A stretch of DNA of 63,914 nt, the filler included, from Octopus bimaculoides (taxonomy: Eukaryota): the NCBI RefSeq assembly GCF_001194135.2. It is 10 parts of 10 records of this genome, joined end to end, with 100 filler letters (N's around TTAATTAATTAA, not from the genome) between each part and the next. Parts side by side here need not be neighbours in the genome. Positions count along the whole stretch, not along the records: positions 1 to 7,649 come from NC_068991.1; positions 7,750 to 23,993 come from NC_068993.1; 8 more parts are not named here. One strand, 5' to 3'. The position numbers were made by a program, and so were the translations under genes. This document shows positions 1-11,740 of this stretch, piece after piece. How positions within the stretch are numbered: the stretch's first letter is position 1; every line of letters starts with the position of its first letter. The notes below the pieces were generated by a model, which saw only the letters and a list, made by a program, of their open reading frames with translations, was not told the origin of the DNA and did no database searches.

Positions 1-390
1 ATATATACGACAGACACTATATATATACACACACACAACGTATGTACATCCACGCATGCACGAAACTCTCGACCAATGAGTCACTTTTGTAACTTCTGTC
101 GATTAAATTATTTTTATTAACACACGCTCTCACATACGCACGCGCGCGCGTGCATGAAAACACACATATAGTTAGATAGATAGCTTTTTAAACACACACA
201 CATACGCATTTCTAAGGAGAGTTCTCAACAGTTTTGACTTCGCTAAGACACCGATTTAATAAATAAATGAATGCGTTAGCGGTATACAAACATTTAGTAC
301 CAATATACATTTACGACATCCAAAATTGAAATTCCAGACAAATATAACACGGCACAAATTTTACAGGTCGCATTTACAGATATTCACCGT

Positions 391-440
391 CTCTTCGTTA
401 TTTCTAACTTCCTGTACAAGGCGTCATTCCAACATCAAGC
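391..440 (+). promoter_or_regulatory. Putative SRP14 core promoter / 5'UTR with an ETS-like motif
   Basis: A pyrimidine-rich stretch and ACTTCCTG (407-414, reverse complement CAGGAAGT, ETS-type) lie just upstream of the SRP14 ATG at 441. The TSS cannot be fixed from sequence. Confidence 0.3.
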
Positions 441-464
441 ATGGTCTTCCTAGAGAATGATTCG
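441..464 (+). CDS. SRP14: SRP14 coding exon 1 (MVFLENDS)
   Basis: ATG GTC TTC CTA GAG AAT GAT TCG is followed by a GTATGT donor. It matches the SRP14 N-terminus (human MVLLESEQ, 24-nt first coding segment) and is phase 0. Confidence 0.9.
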
Positions 465-1470
465 GTATGTCATTTCAGTTTGTTTGTTTAGTTGATTTCA
501 CCTCTAAATATAAAACTTCTGTTAGTAGAGCTAATTTATATTGTGTTAGACTAAATCCTGATATTGCTTTTGGTTCTAAATTATAAAGAATTTCTAGCAC
601 ATATTTTCGAACTTCGACGCTAATTACGTTTCCAGTTTTGTTTTAATTATCACAAAACAGACTCAAAGTCTTTCTTCACAATTGTTGTAATTTCATTTTG
701 AAGGTAACTATGGGATAATAAGTTATATATATATATATGCATATATATATATATCCCTTTGTATGTTTAGCACCTGCTTTGGATTATAGAGAATAATTCG
801 TGTCACAAAAATTAATTAAAAAAAACAAACAAACATTTATTTTAAATAACCAAACTTAAGAATTTAAGTAAATGATGTAGATAATCGTTATTTGATAAAT
901 AATAATAATTGTTTTTTTAGATTTGTATAACATCATAAAATTATACCTATATGTAATTATATATAATTTCCACAGCAACATATGGTTTAATTTATTTGAA
1001 TCCTGATAGCAGCCACGAGTTCATTCTCAACACCTTTCCGTGTTTAATTAGATATTTTGTTTTGGGCTGTTGGTGAGATGTGTCTAGAAATAAGTTTCGA
1101 TTCTCGGTTGTAGCTATTTCACTTATATTGTCTACGTTCAATTCTCTGTTCTAGCTATTTCAATCGGATTGCTTTCGGGAAAGGCCTCAATGCCGTGACT
1201 TCTCATTTTCCTTTCACCATTAAAAACACGCGGTCTAGTAAGCAAAATGTCCAATACTTTCTTCTAATAAATATTTTGTCACTTCATCAAATTTACTTCT
1301 GCAAATTTTATGTTGTCAGACGCTTAGAAGATGGGCGGGGACGAACATTTTCCTAATTTCGCACAATGTCACAAATCTGTAGCAGTAGAAAGTCTATTGA
1401 ATCAACATTTCGTTGATTCTAGAAGAATTTGAACTTAAAATATGGAATGATTTAACTAAATATTGTAAGG

Positions 1471-1546
1471 CGGGGATCTCCAACCACGGGGCTGCTAACC
1501 AGTCCCGGGTCGTAAATTATTTGGTACCGGGCCGCACAGAAAGAAT
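1471..1546 (+). mobile_element. hAT-Charlie (MER1-like) terminal fragment
   Basis: GGGGATCTCCAACCACGGGGC...GGTACCGGGCCGCACAG resembles the left end of MER1/Charlie3-type elements (recalled similarity, not searched). Confidence 0.4.
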
Positions 1547-1564
1547 GTTTTTAGATTTTATTGA

Positions 1565-1759
1565 CTATCGCAGTATGCAGGATGCGGTAAGAAGTTTGCT
1601 TTCATAACAAATTGTTTTCGGTTTCAATCCCATTACGTGGCACCTTGGGCGAGTGTCATCTATCCTAGCCTCGGACCAACCAAAGCTTTGTGAGTGGATT
1701 TGGTAGACAGAAACTGAAAGATGCCCGTTGTGCGTATGTGTGTGTGTGTGCGTGTGTGT
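1565..1759 (+). mobile_element. SINE family A, 5' half, interrupted at its internal (TG)n by an RTE 3' tail
   Basis: tRNA-like head plus GGCACCTTGGGC...GTGAGTGGATTTGGTAGAC block, shared with the copies at 20.9 kb and 29.6 kb. Confidence 0.75.
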
Positions 1760-3135
1760 CATCATCCTTTAACGTCCGTTTTCCATGCTGGCATGGGTTG
1801 GACGGTTTGACTGAGGTCTGGAAAACCAGTGGCTGCACCAGGCTCCGATCTGATTTGGCAATGTTTCTACAGCTGGATGCCTTTCCTAATGCCAACCACT
1901 CTGAGAGTGTAGTAGGTGCTTTTTACGTGCCATCGGCATGGGAGCCAGTCAGGTAGGCCTGGCATCGATCATGTTCAGATGGTTCTTTTTACATACCACC
2001 GGCACAAGAGCCAGTCAGGGTATACAGTGGGCACTGGCCACAGCTTCGATATTGGTTTCACTTGACTCAACAGGTCTTCTCAAGCATATCATATTGCCCG
2101 ACATATCAAAGGTATTCTTAACAGGGCCAGACATGCGTGGCTGCGATCTCACTTTAGTTGCTGGATCTTCTCAATCACAGCATATCTCCAAAGGTCCTGG
2201 TCTCCTGTTATTGCCTCTGTGTGGCCCAATGTTCGAAGGTCATACTTCACCCATCCCATGTCTTCCTGGGTCTACCTCTTCCATAGGTTCCTTCTAGAGT
2301 TAGGGAGTGGCACTTCCTCACACAGCCGTCCTCATTCATATGTAACATATGACCATACCAGCACAGATGCCTCTCTTGCACACCACATTTGATGCTTCTT
2401 TTGCCCAACTTTTCTCTCAGGACACTTAAGCTTTGTCATGTAAGCACACTGACACTACACATCCAGCGGATCATACTAGCTTCATTTCTTTGAAGCCTAC
2501 GCATATCCTCAGCAGTCATGGCCCATGTTTCACTGCCATGTAGCATGGTAGTTCACACACATGCATCATACAGTCTCCCTTTCACCCTGAGCGAGAGGCC
2601 CTTAGTTGCCAGCAGAGGTAGGAGCTCCTTGAACTTTGCCCGAGCTATTCTTATTCTAGTCGCTACACTCTGAGAGTAGCTACCCCCACTACAGACTTGG
2701 TTGCCTAGGTAGTGGAAACTTATTAACTACTTCTAGTTTCACCCCCTGAAGGGGGTTGTGATTTGACAGCCTTCGTACTTACTAAGACTTTGGTTTTTGC
2801 TAGGTTGACCCTAAGGCCCTTTAATTCTAGACCTTGCTTCCACACCCTAAACTTCATCCCCAGTTCTGGCAGTGACTCTGCTTATTAGAGCAAGGTCATT
2901 AGTACATAGAGAAGCTCCCAGGGGCAGCCTGTCTTGAATTCCTCTTATTGCCTGGAGGACTATAATGAATAAGAGGGGGCTGAGGAATGATCTTGGATGA
3001 ACCCATACTTTTACTCAGAATTCTTCACTATACTCATTGCCAACCCTCACCTTACTGACAGCATCCCTGTTCAGGGCTTGTACAGCTCTTACCAACCACT
3101 CGTCTCTCCCCAGTTTCTGCATTGTGCCAATCTTC
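1760..3135 (-). mobile_element. 5'-truncated RTE-clade LINE (degenerate RT, C-terminal region, 3'UTR with (GAT)n tail)
   Basis: Minus-strand translation across frameshifts gives KLG..EWLVRAVQAL, LSPLLFIIVLQAI, GCPWELLY, KQGLELKGLRVNLAKTKVL. Its 3' end matches the copies at 4.4, 33.1 and 38.2 kb. Confidence 0.88.
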
Positions 3136-3299
3136 AAAACCAATGTTTATAAGAATGTTAACTGAGGAAATCTATAGTGATTCTGTACAATATGTTTTAC
3201 TGGAGTCGACTTCAGTCTTCAACTTTCTGTTACCATTAACATAAGTCATAGATACCAGTCACTTTGACTGAGTCCCTTCTTGTGCCAAAGTTAGAAATT

Positions 3300-3730
3300 A
3301 TCATTGGCAGAGTTGGTAGAACGTTGCACAAAATACCTTGCATTATTTGTTTTGGCTTTTAATTTCTGAGTTCAAATTCCAACCAAGGTTGAATTTTACC
3401 TTTCATTCTTTTTGGGTCAATAAAATAAGTACCAGTTGATTACTGGAGTTCTTGTCATTAATTTACTCTTTCCCTAAAGTTGCTGGCTTAGAAACCATTA
3501 TTATTATTATTATTATTACCAAGACAGTGAGTTGGCAGGATTGTTAGTACATTGGGAAATATGCTTAGGGGTATTGCTTCTTGTTCTTTACATTCTAAGT
3601 TCAAATTCTGCTGGAGATGACTTTTCCTTCTGTTCGGACCAATAAAATATGTACCAGTCAAGTACTGGGGTTGACGTGATTGTCTAGCCCCTCCCTCCAA
3701 ATTTCAGGCCTTGTGTCGATATTAGAGATA
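3300..3730 (+). mobile_element. Two tandem degenerate SINE family B copies
   Basis: Each has TTCTxAGTTCAAATTC...TTTCxTTCxTTxGGxCxATAAAATAAGTACCAG...TACTGG, as in the copy at 47.3 kb. Confidence 0.7.
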
Positions 3731-3738
3731 ATCATGAC

Positions 3739-3999
3739 CAGGCCTGTGGAGTCGGAGTTGGAAACAATTAAGGGGTAGCTGGAGTCGGAGTCGGTAAAAG
3801 TATTCTGACTCATAATATCTTTATTCTTTAATATCAACCAGTTATAACATATAGGCCTACTCAAAGTACAAGTGTATGCATATGCTTTATGCGATATGTA
3901 GACCACAATCACTTAATTACATAAAGAGGAGCTGGAGTCTGGGCCGGAAATAGTACAGGAGTCGGAGTCGAAGTTTTTTGTTTCAACTCCACAACCCTG
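3739..3999 (+). mobile_element. hAT-type MITE with 8-bp target-site duplication
   Basis: Ends CAGGCCTGTGGAGT and ACTCCACAACCCTG are imperfect TIRs. Internal GGAGTCGGAGT repeats. Flanks ATCATGAC (3731-3738) and ATTATGAC (4000-4007) match at 7 of 8 positions. Confidence 0.8.
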
Positions 4000-4404
4000 A
4001 TTATGACTTCCAAAAGGTCAGTGCTGAACACAGGATTTCTATAGAATTAAGCAGACGAGGAATGACTCTTTTTGGATAGGATACCAGACATTAACTGAGA
4101 GATTCTCTGATGCAGGAATTCAGTTCACTTAATTATAGCCAGATCAACAATTTGACTATGAAGTTGACCTGGTCATAGTCAAAGAAACAGTGCAGTATTA
4201 GTGATGTGAACTATCGACTCCCTGAATAGCACTTTGTTGACACAACCTCTGTTCTTCAAGTACAGAAGTGGAAGTACATTTCCTCCATGTACTGAACATC
4301 AGATAATCACTAGTAATGTTCTTGGAATGGTGACCATAGTCAAGAGACTGTTCTAAACAGCTTGAGATATGAGGTTTTACAGAATAATCTTTCCACGTCA
4401 TCAT

Positions 4405-4575
4405 CTTCATCATTTAACGTCCGCTTTCCATGCTAGCATGGGTTGGACGATTTGACTGAAGACTGGTGAACCAGATAGCTACACCAGGCTCCAATCTGAT
4501 TTGGCAGAGTTTCTACAGCTGGATGCCCTTCCTAACGCCAACCACTCCGAGAGTGTAGTGGGTGCTTTTACGTGC
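4405..4575 (-). mobile_element. Short RTE LINE 3'-end insertion (CpG-retaining, probably young)
   Basis: (ATC)n tail followed by TTTAACGTCCGCTTTCCATGCTAGCATGGGTTGGACG..., nearly identical to 33060-33230. Confidence 0.8.
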
Positions 4576-4632
4576 TTAGTAAAACACTTGCCTTGGATTT
4601 GAACTCAAAACCTGAGATACATTACTGCTTGT

Positions 4633-4792
4633 CTTCTACCTAAACCACTAGATCAGGCTTGGGCAACCTTTTGTGACAGGTGTGCTGTATGAGATAAAAC
4701 TCATCATTACGTGGGCTATACTGCAAAAACAAAAACAAAAAAAAAAATTCAAGGTAAGTTTTTATTAGATGGCTCACAGGTTGCCCATGATG
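4633..4792. mobile_element. Possible small hAT/Charlie-type MITE
   Basis: Inverted ends share TGGGCAACCT / AGGTTGCCCA. No clean TSD. Confidence 0.4.
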
Positions 4793-4865
4793 ACTGTACT
4801 AGTCTATTCTTCCTTTGTGATGTTATATTAGCCTCATTTCTCATTTACTCTTTTGTCTATTTCAG

Positions 4866-4938
4866 TTTCTTAGCGAACTCACCAGATTTTTCCAAAGATC
4901 AAAGACATCGGGGTCATTGAATATAACAATGAAACGCT
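4866..4938 (+). CDS. SRP14: SRP14 coding exon 2 (FLSELTRFFQRSKTSGSLNITMKR)
   Basis: Pyrimidine-rich TTCAG acceptor and GTAAGT donor; 73 nt. Aligns by eye with human FLTELTRLFQKCRTSGSVYITLKK. Phase 0 to 1. Confidence 0.95.
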
Positions 4939-5439
4939 GTAAGTATCATCTTCTTTTTGTCATAGAATGATGATGGTGACTTGTAACAAGTCCATCTGTG
5001 AGCTGCTTTTGACTCTTGGTTCACTTTCACTGCTTACTCACTTAAATGCATGAAGGGCCACAAGGTTTTGTTCAGGTTTATAATTCTGTGCCCTTTTGTA
5101 AGAAATCTGAATGACTCGAAATCGAGCATTGATGAGAAATAACGAGAACAATTAATATGGTGTGGACTGATTGTTTAATTATATTTAGGCCACTTAGCGA
5201 CCATGTATTTTCAGGTTCAGTCCCACTGCACAGCAATGTCTTTTACTATAGCACTAGTCTGACCAGTGTTTTGGTTGCGGATTTGATGGAGGGGAAACTG
5301 TAGGAAGCCCATGGGTGTGTGGTGTGGTTCAGATGCTTGCTTTCCAATTTCCTAATCATGTGGTCTTTAGCTCAGTCCCATTGCACAGCACCTTGGGCTC
5401 GTGTATTCTACTATTCAGGGAATGTGGAGCATTGTTATA

Positions 5440-5985
5440 GGGGAAATGGTTCTCATTGAAGATGAAAGGAAAGGTTTATGGGAGTTGTGTGAGAGCTGCA
5501 ATGCTGTATGGGAGTGAGACATGGTGTTTGACGGAGAGAGAGAGAGTGAGATGGCAATTTTGAGAAGGACTGAGAGAGCAATGGTGAGAGAAATGTGTGG
5601 TGTGAGGCTGTTTGATAAAAGGAGGACTGAGGACTTGANNNNNNNNNNGAGAGAAATGTGTGGTGTGAGGCTGTTTGATAAAAGGAGGACTGAGGACTTG
5701 ATGGGGATGCTGGGGTTGGAGGAATCAGTGGAATGGCTGGGAAGGGCGAATGGAGTGTGGTGGTGTGGGCATGTGTTGAGGAGGGATGAGGAGCATGTTC
5801 TGAAGAGAGTCCTAGAGTTTGAGGTAAATGGACAGTGAAAGTGAGATAGACCGAGGAAAATGTGTAGGGGACAGGTGGAGGAGATTGGGAGGTTGGCTTG
5901 AGGAGGGAGGATGCTCCAAACCGGGCAAGATGGTGTGAGGTTGGTTGCTATGGCATTGAGGTAGATCCGGCCACTGCAGTATATA
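5440..5985 (+). mobile_element. RTE LINE C-terminal fragment (second RTE family)
   Basis: LYGSETW...LRRTERAMVREMCGVRL.D...WCGHVLRRDEEHVLKRVLEFEVNG is the typical post-RT region of RTE elements. About 50 bp is duplicated across the N10 gap at 5639-5648. Confidence 0.88.
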
Positions 5986-6488
5986 TTTTTAAGATGGCCA
6001 TAAGGAAAGTGCACTTATGAATTGAGTTTTAGGTTAAAAGGAAGTTACTGTACCTGTATGTGTTGCTATGGTTTATTAAAAAAAAAAAAGAAAGATATTT
6101 CAAGTTAGTAATGATAACGATAACCAGTTGAAAGTCAAACCAGATAATGCCCTGATTTTTACTTCTATCATTTTGCACCTCCTGTTTGTGTAGTGGTTAT
6201 GATGTGGTTAGTTGAAATCTGGAATATTCCTGAGAGCTTTTTTGGTACCTACCTGGATAATTTATCCCTATATACTCATCTTATATAAATTTGTAGTACG
6301 AGATATGAATTCAGAGAATCTTGTGATTATCACATAAAGCTCCTCTCATGGATTTGGGTAACAGTCCACATAGTAATCAGATACAGAGAAGTGTAATGTA
6401 GAGTGTCCATGTAACTAAAATCCAGAACATCTGATTGACTTGGTGCTTCAACTTAAGTACCTAATTCAACTGAATCTTAATTATTTCT

Positions 6489-6521
<33 letters not shown>

Positions 6522-6997
6522 ATGTATATACACACACAAGAGTTAAGGAATGGGGTAGATAAAATCTGGACTACATATATTTCATAGCAAGTGGAACCTT
6601 GGTATTGGTAAATATCCAAGCGAAGTGTATACCGCAGGCTACTTTCTATATTTACTATGAATTGCTTGAAGCTAACTTTCTTCTTACACCTCAATCCTTG
6701 GATCTTATTTTTATTTATACACACACACAAAACAGACTTCCATACAGTTTCTTGTTACCAGTTTACTCACAAGTCATTCACTGGCATGAGGTTACCAAGG
6801 TACCACACTGAAACTCAAAACCATATTGTATCAAAGTGAGCTATGTATCAAAACAACCATGTCCATGTCTCTCTGTAATTGAGAAAAGTAAAGTACTAGT
6901 CTAGGACTGCTCTAATTGATTGTACTGCCCCCCAAATTTGTGGTCTTCTAACAGTGTTTGAAATTATTATTTTTATTATTTTCAACTTTCATTTTAG

Positions 6998-7119
6998 ATG
7001 ATGGTCGAACTAAACCTAAACCAAAATCTAACCGATCAGAACAAAGCATATCTCATGAAACAGTAGAATATAAATGTATCCTCAGAGCATCTTTAGGTAA
7101 CAAGAAAATTTCCACTATA
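6998..7119 (+). CDS. SRP14: SRP14 coding exon 3 ((Y)DGRTKPKPKSNRSEQSISHETVEYKCILRASLGNKKISTI)
   Basis: TTTTAG acceptor and GTAAGT donor; 122 nt, phase 1 to 0. Contains the YDGRTKPxP and KCLxRA...KKIST signatures of SRP14. The C-terminal exon(s) were not found in the window. Confidence 0.95.
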
Positions 7120-7319
7120 GTAAGTATAATTTTGTTTTCTTGTCTTTTGGTTGCATACTATAGTTGTTTCGGGTTTTGTGCTGTCTAAGTCATTTCATTC
7201 AAAAATATATATACCAATAATAATTTATGTATCATATACACATTATTGACAGGCAATTTACTGCAGTTTTCATCCAAGATAAAATCTCTTATAGTTTATA
7301 AACTGTTAATGTTACTGGC

Positions 7320-7649
7320 ATTGGTCTGTCATCCTGTCAACCTCGGCTGTCTCCCGGAACCCATCTAGTGGCCTTGGCCATCCTCTCCCCTACCTTTGGG
7401 TAGCGCATTAAGGTTGAGAAATGTTTGCAGGTTGTAGGTACTGTTTTGCTTATGAATTCTTCCAATTGCAAGTTTTCTTTTCAGGTACACGACACTGCTT
7501 TTCCCCTTCCCAGGCTACAGGCCCACACCCCCAACACCCATACTGTTAGGATTGGCACTCTCAACGTCGGCACGCTGAAAGGTAGATCTGGTGAAATTGT
7601 TGAGATGCTTGAACGGAGATGCGTAGATATGTGCTGCATCCAGGAAGTA
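7320..7649 (+). mobile_element. RTE LINE 5' end with the start of the AP endonuclease, truncated by a scaffold join
   Basis: RIGTLNVGTLKGRSGEIVEMLERRCVDMCCIQEV is APE domains I-II (TxNV, QE). It lies in SRP14 intron 3 in sense orientation. The 5' boundary is approximate. Confidence 0.88.
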
Positions 7650-7749
7650 NNNNNNNNNNNNNNNNNNNNNNNNNNNNNNNNNNNNNNNNNNNNTTAATTA
7701 ATTAANNNNNNNNNNNNNNNNNNNNNNNNNNNNNNNNNNNNNNNNNNNN
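7650..7749. other. Scaffold-join pad N44-TTAATTAATTAA-N44 (first of nine)
   Basis: The 12-mer also occurs at 24038, 28403, 33410, 38146, 41255, 56288, 60271 and 62825, each inside N runs. It gives stop codons in all six frames and is an artificial linker. Confidence 0.97.
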
Positions 7750-8227
7750 ATATATATATATATATATACGTACTTGTGTGTACATATGTATGTATGAAGT
7801 AGAAATGGTATACAAGCAGATGTATGATTGCTATTATAATAATTAGTGCTGCAAGTAGATTTACTTAATCCAGGTTACTTTCTGCGCAGTTGTTAATTAA
7901 CCATTATACTACACGTTATTTTGTATAGTATTACCATTTACAAGCTACTGAGCAAACGTGGGAAAAATTTGAATGAAATCAAGTTCATATTAAAGATCGT
8001 ACGCGTGTTTTCTTTTACACCATTATAGCTCTTTGGACCCCGGCGATAGATATTCCGAACACGTCGGATAATTAAGGAACACCGAAATGTGGAATGAAAG
8101 GTAAATAAGGAGTGCGAATAGTGAAATAGATCCAAGAATCTCCAGGTTGCGTGGTGAAAATATTAACCACATATGTTATTCTTATATTCGCACGCCATGA
8201 CTCACATGTATATAGTAGGCACATACT

Positions 8228-8262
<35 letters not shown>

Positions 8263-8354
8263 TTGACGCAGCTACTAGTAATAATACACCTTCCTACTTT
8301 AATTTCAGACATTGAATTTTCTATAATATTAATAGTACCATTATTGTTGCTTCA

Positions 8355-8412
<58 letters not shown>

Positions 8413-8533
8413 CAATAATATAATAACAATAATAATAACAACCAATAACATCAACAACAACAATTTTATTTGTTATATTCCTCATCTTGTTTCCTCTTCT
8501 TGCCTCTTATTTCTTCTTCTTCTTCTTCTTCTT

Positions 8534-8607
<74 letters not shown>

Positions 8608-8630
8608 NNNNNNNNNNTTATTATTATTAA

Positions 8631-8703
<73 letters not shown>

Positions 8704-8715
8704 GTCATCGTCATC
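8355..8715. repeat. (TAA)n array and compound (TCT)n(TAT)n array
   Basis: Visible trinucleotide arrays, with an N10 gap inside the (TAT)n. Confidence 0.95.
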
Positions 8716-10656
8716 ATCATCTTCACTATTATTCCTCCACTCGTATAATCATCATATTTGTTCGCCTTTAATTAAAAAGCTGAATTAAAATCGCAATTTT
8801 TTCATTTATTTATTCTCTATTCTTCCCATCGTCACGATAGTCTTAATTAGTACTTCAAGATGGATTGTACCAGTGTATTAAACTGCTTCTAAAGTGTTCC
8901 AAGCATCATCAAACTGGACACTTCATACATCCTTATTTTAATTTCGTATAAGACTTAAAGATTTTATATTTACAGTTTTACTTCATATATTCATTCATTC
9001 CGTTATACTTTTAATTCTTTTATAATTTTATTCATTCGTCTGTGTAAATTTTCTTATTTTTCTATTCTACGTTATCTCTGTTCGATAATAAAACACTTCA
9101 TTTCCTGTATTTATTTTGTTTTGTTATTTTTTTTTATTTGCTAGAATAAAAATGAAAGTGAAAGAAAATGTTTTCAATTTCCAAGATATTATTCCTCGCC
9201 AAGAAACACACACACACACACAAATACACACATACATGCTCACCTAATACACACACTCCAATACACAGTTGTACGTTCATATATGATACGTATACCTGGG
9301 TGTGTGGGTGTGCGGTTGTATGTAAGATAGTTCATACTTCTTAGCTTTATAAGAGCGTCTATTGGATTAAACACTTTACTATTTCAGTGCAGCGTTCCAT
9401 AAGTATGTCAGGTTACACTCATGCACAAATGCGTATATACAGACAGCTACACAAACATACATGTATACATACGTACAAACATTCATACATACATACATAT
9501 ATACATACATATATACATACATATATACAAAAGACATAATTTATATATGGATGTATAACAAGATGAAAACTCCAAATTAATATGGCCAACGCTATATGGC
9601 TGCCACAATGAATCAATATATTCAACATAATGTAGTTTTCAACAAAGCCATTGATATCTTCAAACGAATTTCTTTATTAAAATTTTGTAGAAAATGACAC
9701 TCGTAGGCGTATGTTAAGCCTTCGCTCAACTTCCTAGAATTAAATTTTCTTTCGCACCGCACCGTATGACCAAAGTTAGTGCCTTAACTTACACAGGAAT
9801 ATAAAGCATCTGATATATGCTGCGTGAAAACAAACAAAAAGAAAAAAAGAAGAGGAGATCAGGATTGGAAGAGATTTTATCATAGAGATTCTCATTCATA
9901 GATGTGATCTGGGGTTAAACAGTAGCAAAAGTAATCATGATATCAAGCACGTAAATCCAGATAAAACAAGTAAAGACTTACTTAGGTAATTCATTTTAAC
10001 TTGCAAAGATTGTATTTCTTGCTTCAGACATCCCTGTATAGTGATTGTTATACATAGATAACTCTTCTAATTGCTTGTGTTGTAAATATTTCCATGACTC
10101 AAACAATCGTTATTTGTACCATCAGTCTATTTTGAAGTGGACCTTTTGCTTATTTTATGAGAACTGAGCAGAGGTAGAAGGATTCTACCCATGCCCTTCC
10201 TGGCCAGTACCGAAAATTGTGGTGAGAATGCCATAGAAATTATTTGCAGACTGAAAACCCAGTCTCTGATTTCTTGTTACAGTGTTCACTACGCAATGTC
10301 AGCCAATAGTTATATATTGGTGTGGAATAGGGTTTCCCAAATATGGCGTAATTCGTAAAAGGGGATTCTGCTTAGTTCCTTCCTAAAACTCTTTCAAGCG
10401 CAACTCATTGCTCCATGTAAGGCAATAATAAAATCTACCGGTCCATGAAGCCTTGCATACGATACAATATTACTCTTTATTCCTCCAATGCTTAGTTTCC
10501 TCATCTTTAGTTTTATCTTGCTTCCAAACCTTCCCGTACAACTTTATTCACGGTTACCTATTCTCATCTCACATCACGTCCCACCACTAACAAGAACACA
10601 CCTTCAACTTTGGTCATTCGTCATTTACTTGTCAAGCAGCACAAGAGATGATGACA

Positions 10657-10690
<34 letters not shown>

Positions 10691-11445
10691 TCACTCCAAG
10701 ATGAAGGATAAGGTTAGGAACATTTGACTCCACAACTCATCACAGCAATGTACCTCCTTGAACACTAATATAACCTTTCACATGGACGAACATAGCGACA
10801 CAGACCATCATAACACTTCCTAACAATCTCCACAAATCCGATAGATTCAGTATTGAACTGTTATCAGAAATTCTACCCCCTCATATAATATGAGACCTTA
10901 GTTAAATCTAGTATTAATTTTTAAATCAGACATTCTCAAATAACTAGGAATGGAATACTTCATTAGTGACCGTGCCTTGGGACAAAACAGGTTCTGATTG
11001 ATTTAATTAGATGCTCTGTCAAATTCATAAATTTCTGCGTGGCAACAATCTCACTGAATGTCAATATTTCTGAAACGGTTGGTGGGTTTCTTTTCTTTAA
11101 TTCGTACATAACAACTTCATCAACATTGGATTAGACTTCTGTATATGTGTGTATATATAATATCTGTACACTATACACACACACAAATATATATCATGTA
11201 CATAAATTTATAGGTGTATACATACATATACATACATATAATATATCTATCTATCTCTCTCTCCCTCTATATACGTTATAGTCTAAGTAACCAAGAAATA
11301 AACTGGAACATCGGATGCGAACTAAAGGAAGATTACCAAAAGACACACAATCAGAGGGGCCAAACCGTGGGTCTTTACTCAGATATTCGGTATCTGTATC
11401 TGCCCCGTCCTCTTACTATATATACATACATACAAATAATAATAA

Positions 11446-11476
<31 letters not shown>

Positions 11477-11499
11477 AATAATAGTAACAACAATAAATA

Positions 11500-11740
11500 A
11501 ATGATTCCTTCTCGACGCATTCCAGGTTCATAAGGGCCGGTTTCCAGGTTTCAATGGCGTATATATTCTCCACCTGGACGGGACGACAATCCATCGTAGT
11601 ATTACACATTTTTGCCAGCTGAGTGGACTGGAGCTACGTGAAATTAAGTGTTTTGTTCAAGAACACAACGCGTCGCCCGCTCTAGGAATCAAAACCACAA
11701 TCTTACGATGATGAGTCCCACAGTCTAACCACTAGTCCAC
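11500..11740 (-). mobile_element. SINE family C
   Basis: GCCAGCTGAGTGGACTGGAG...AAGTGTTTTGTTCAAGAACACAAC followed by the reverse complement of a tRNA-like head. A related copy lies at 31560-31700. Confidence 0.7.

Noticed and set aside
4959-5115. Possible intronic C/D snoRNA (ATGATGA at 4967, CTGA at 5107, GTCAT/ATGAC terminal stem)
   Set aside because: The stem is offset from canonical k-turn spacing, the length is long, it starts only 20 nt from the donor, and I recognised no rRNA-complementary guide.
5415-6014. 199-aa minus-strand ORF
   Set aside because: Antisense shadow of the RTE fragment, lengthened by an N gap and duplication.
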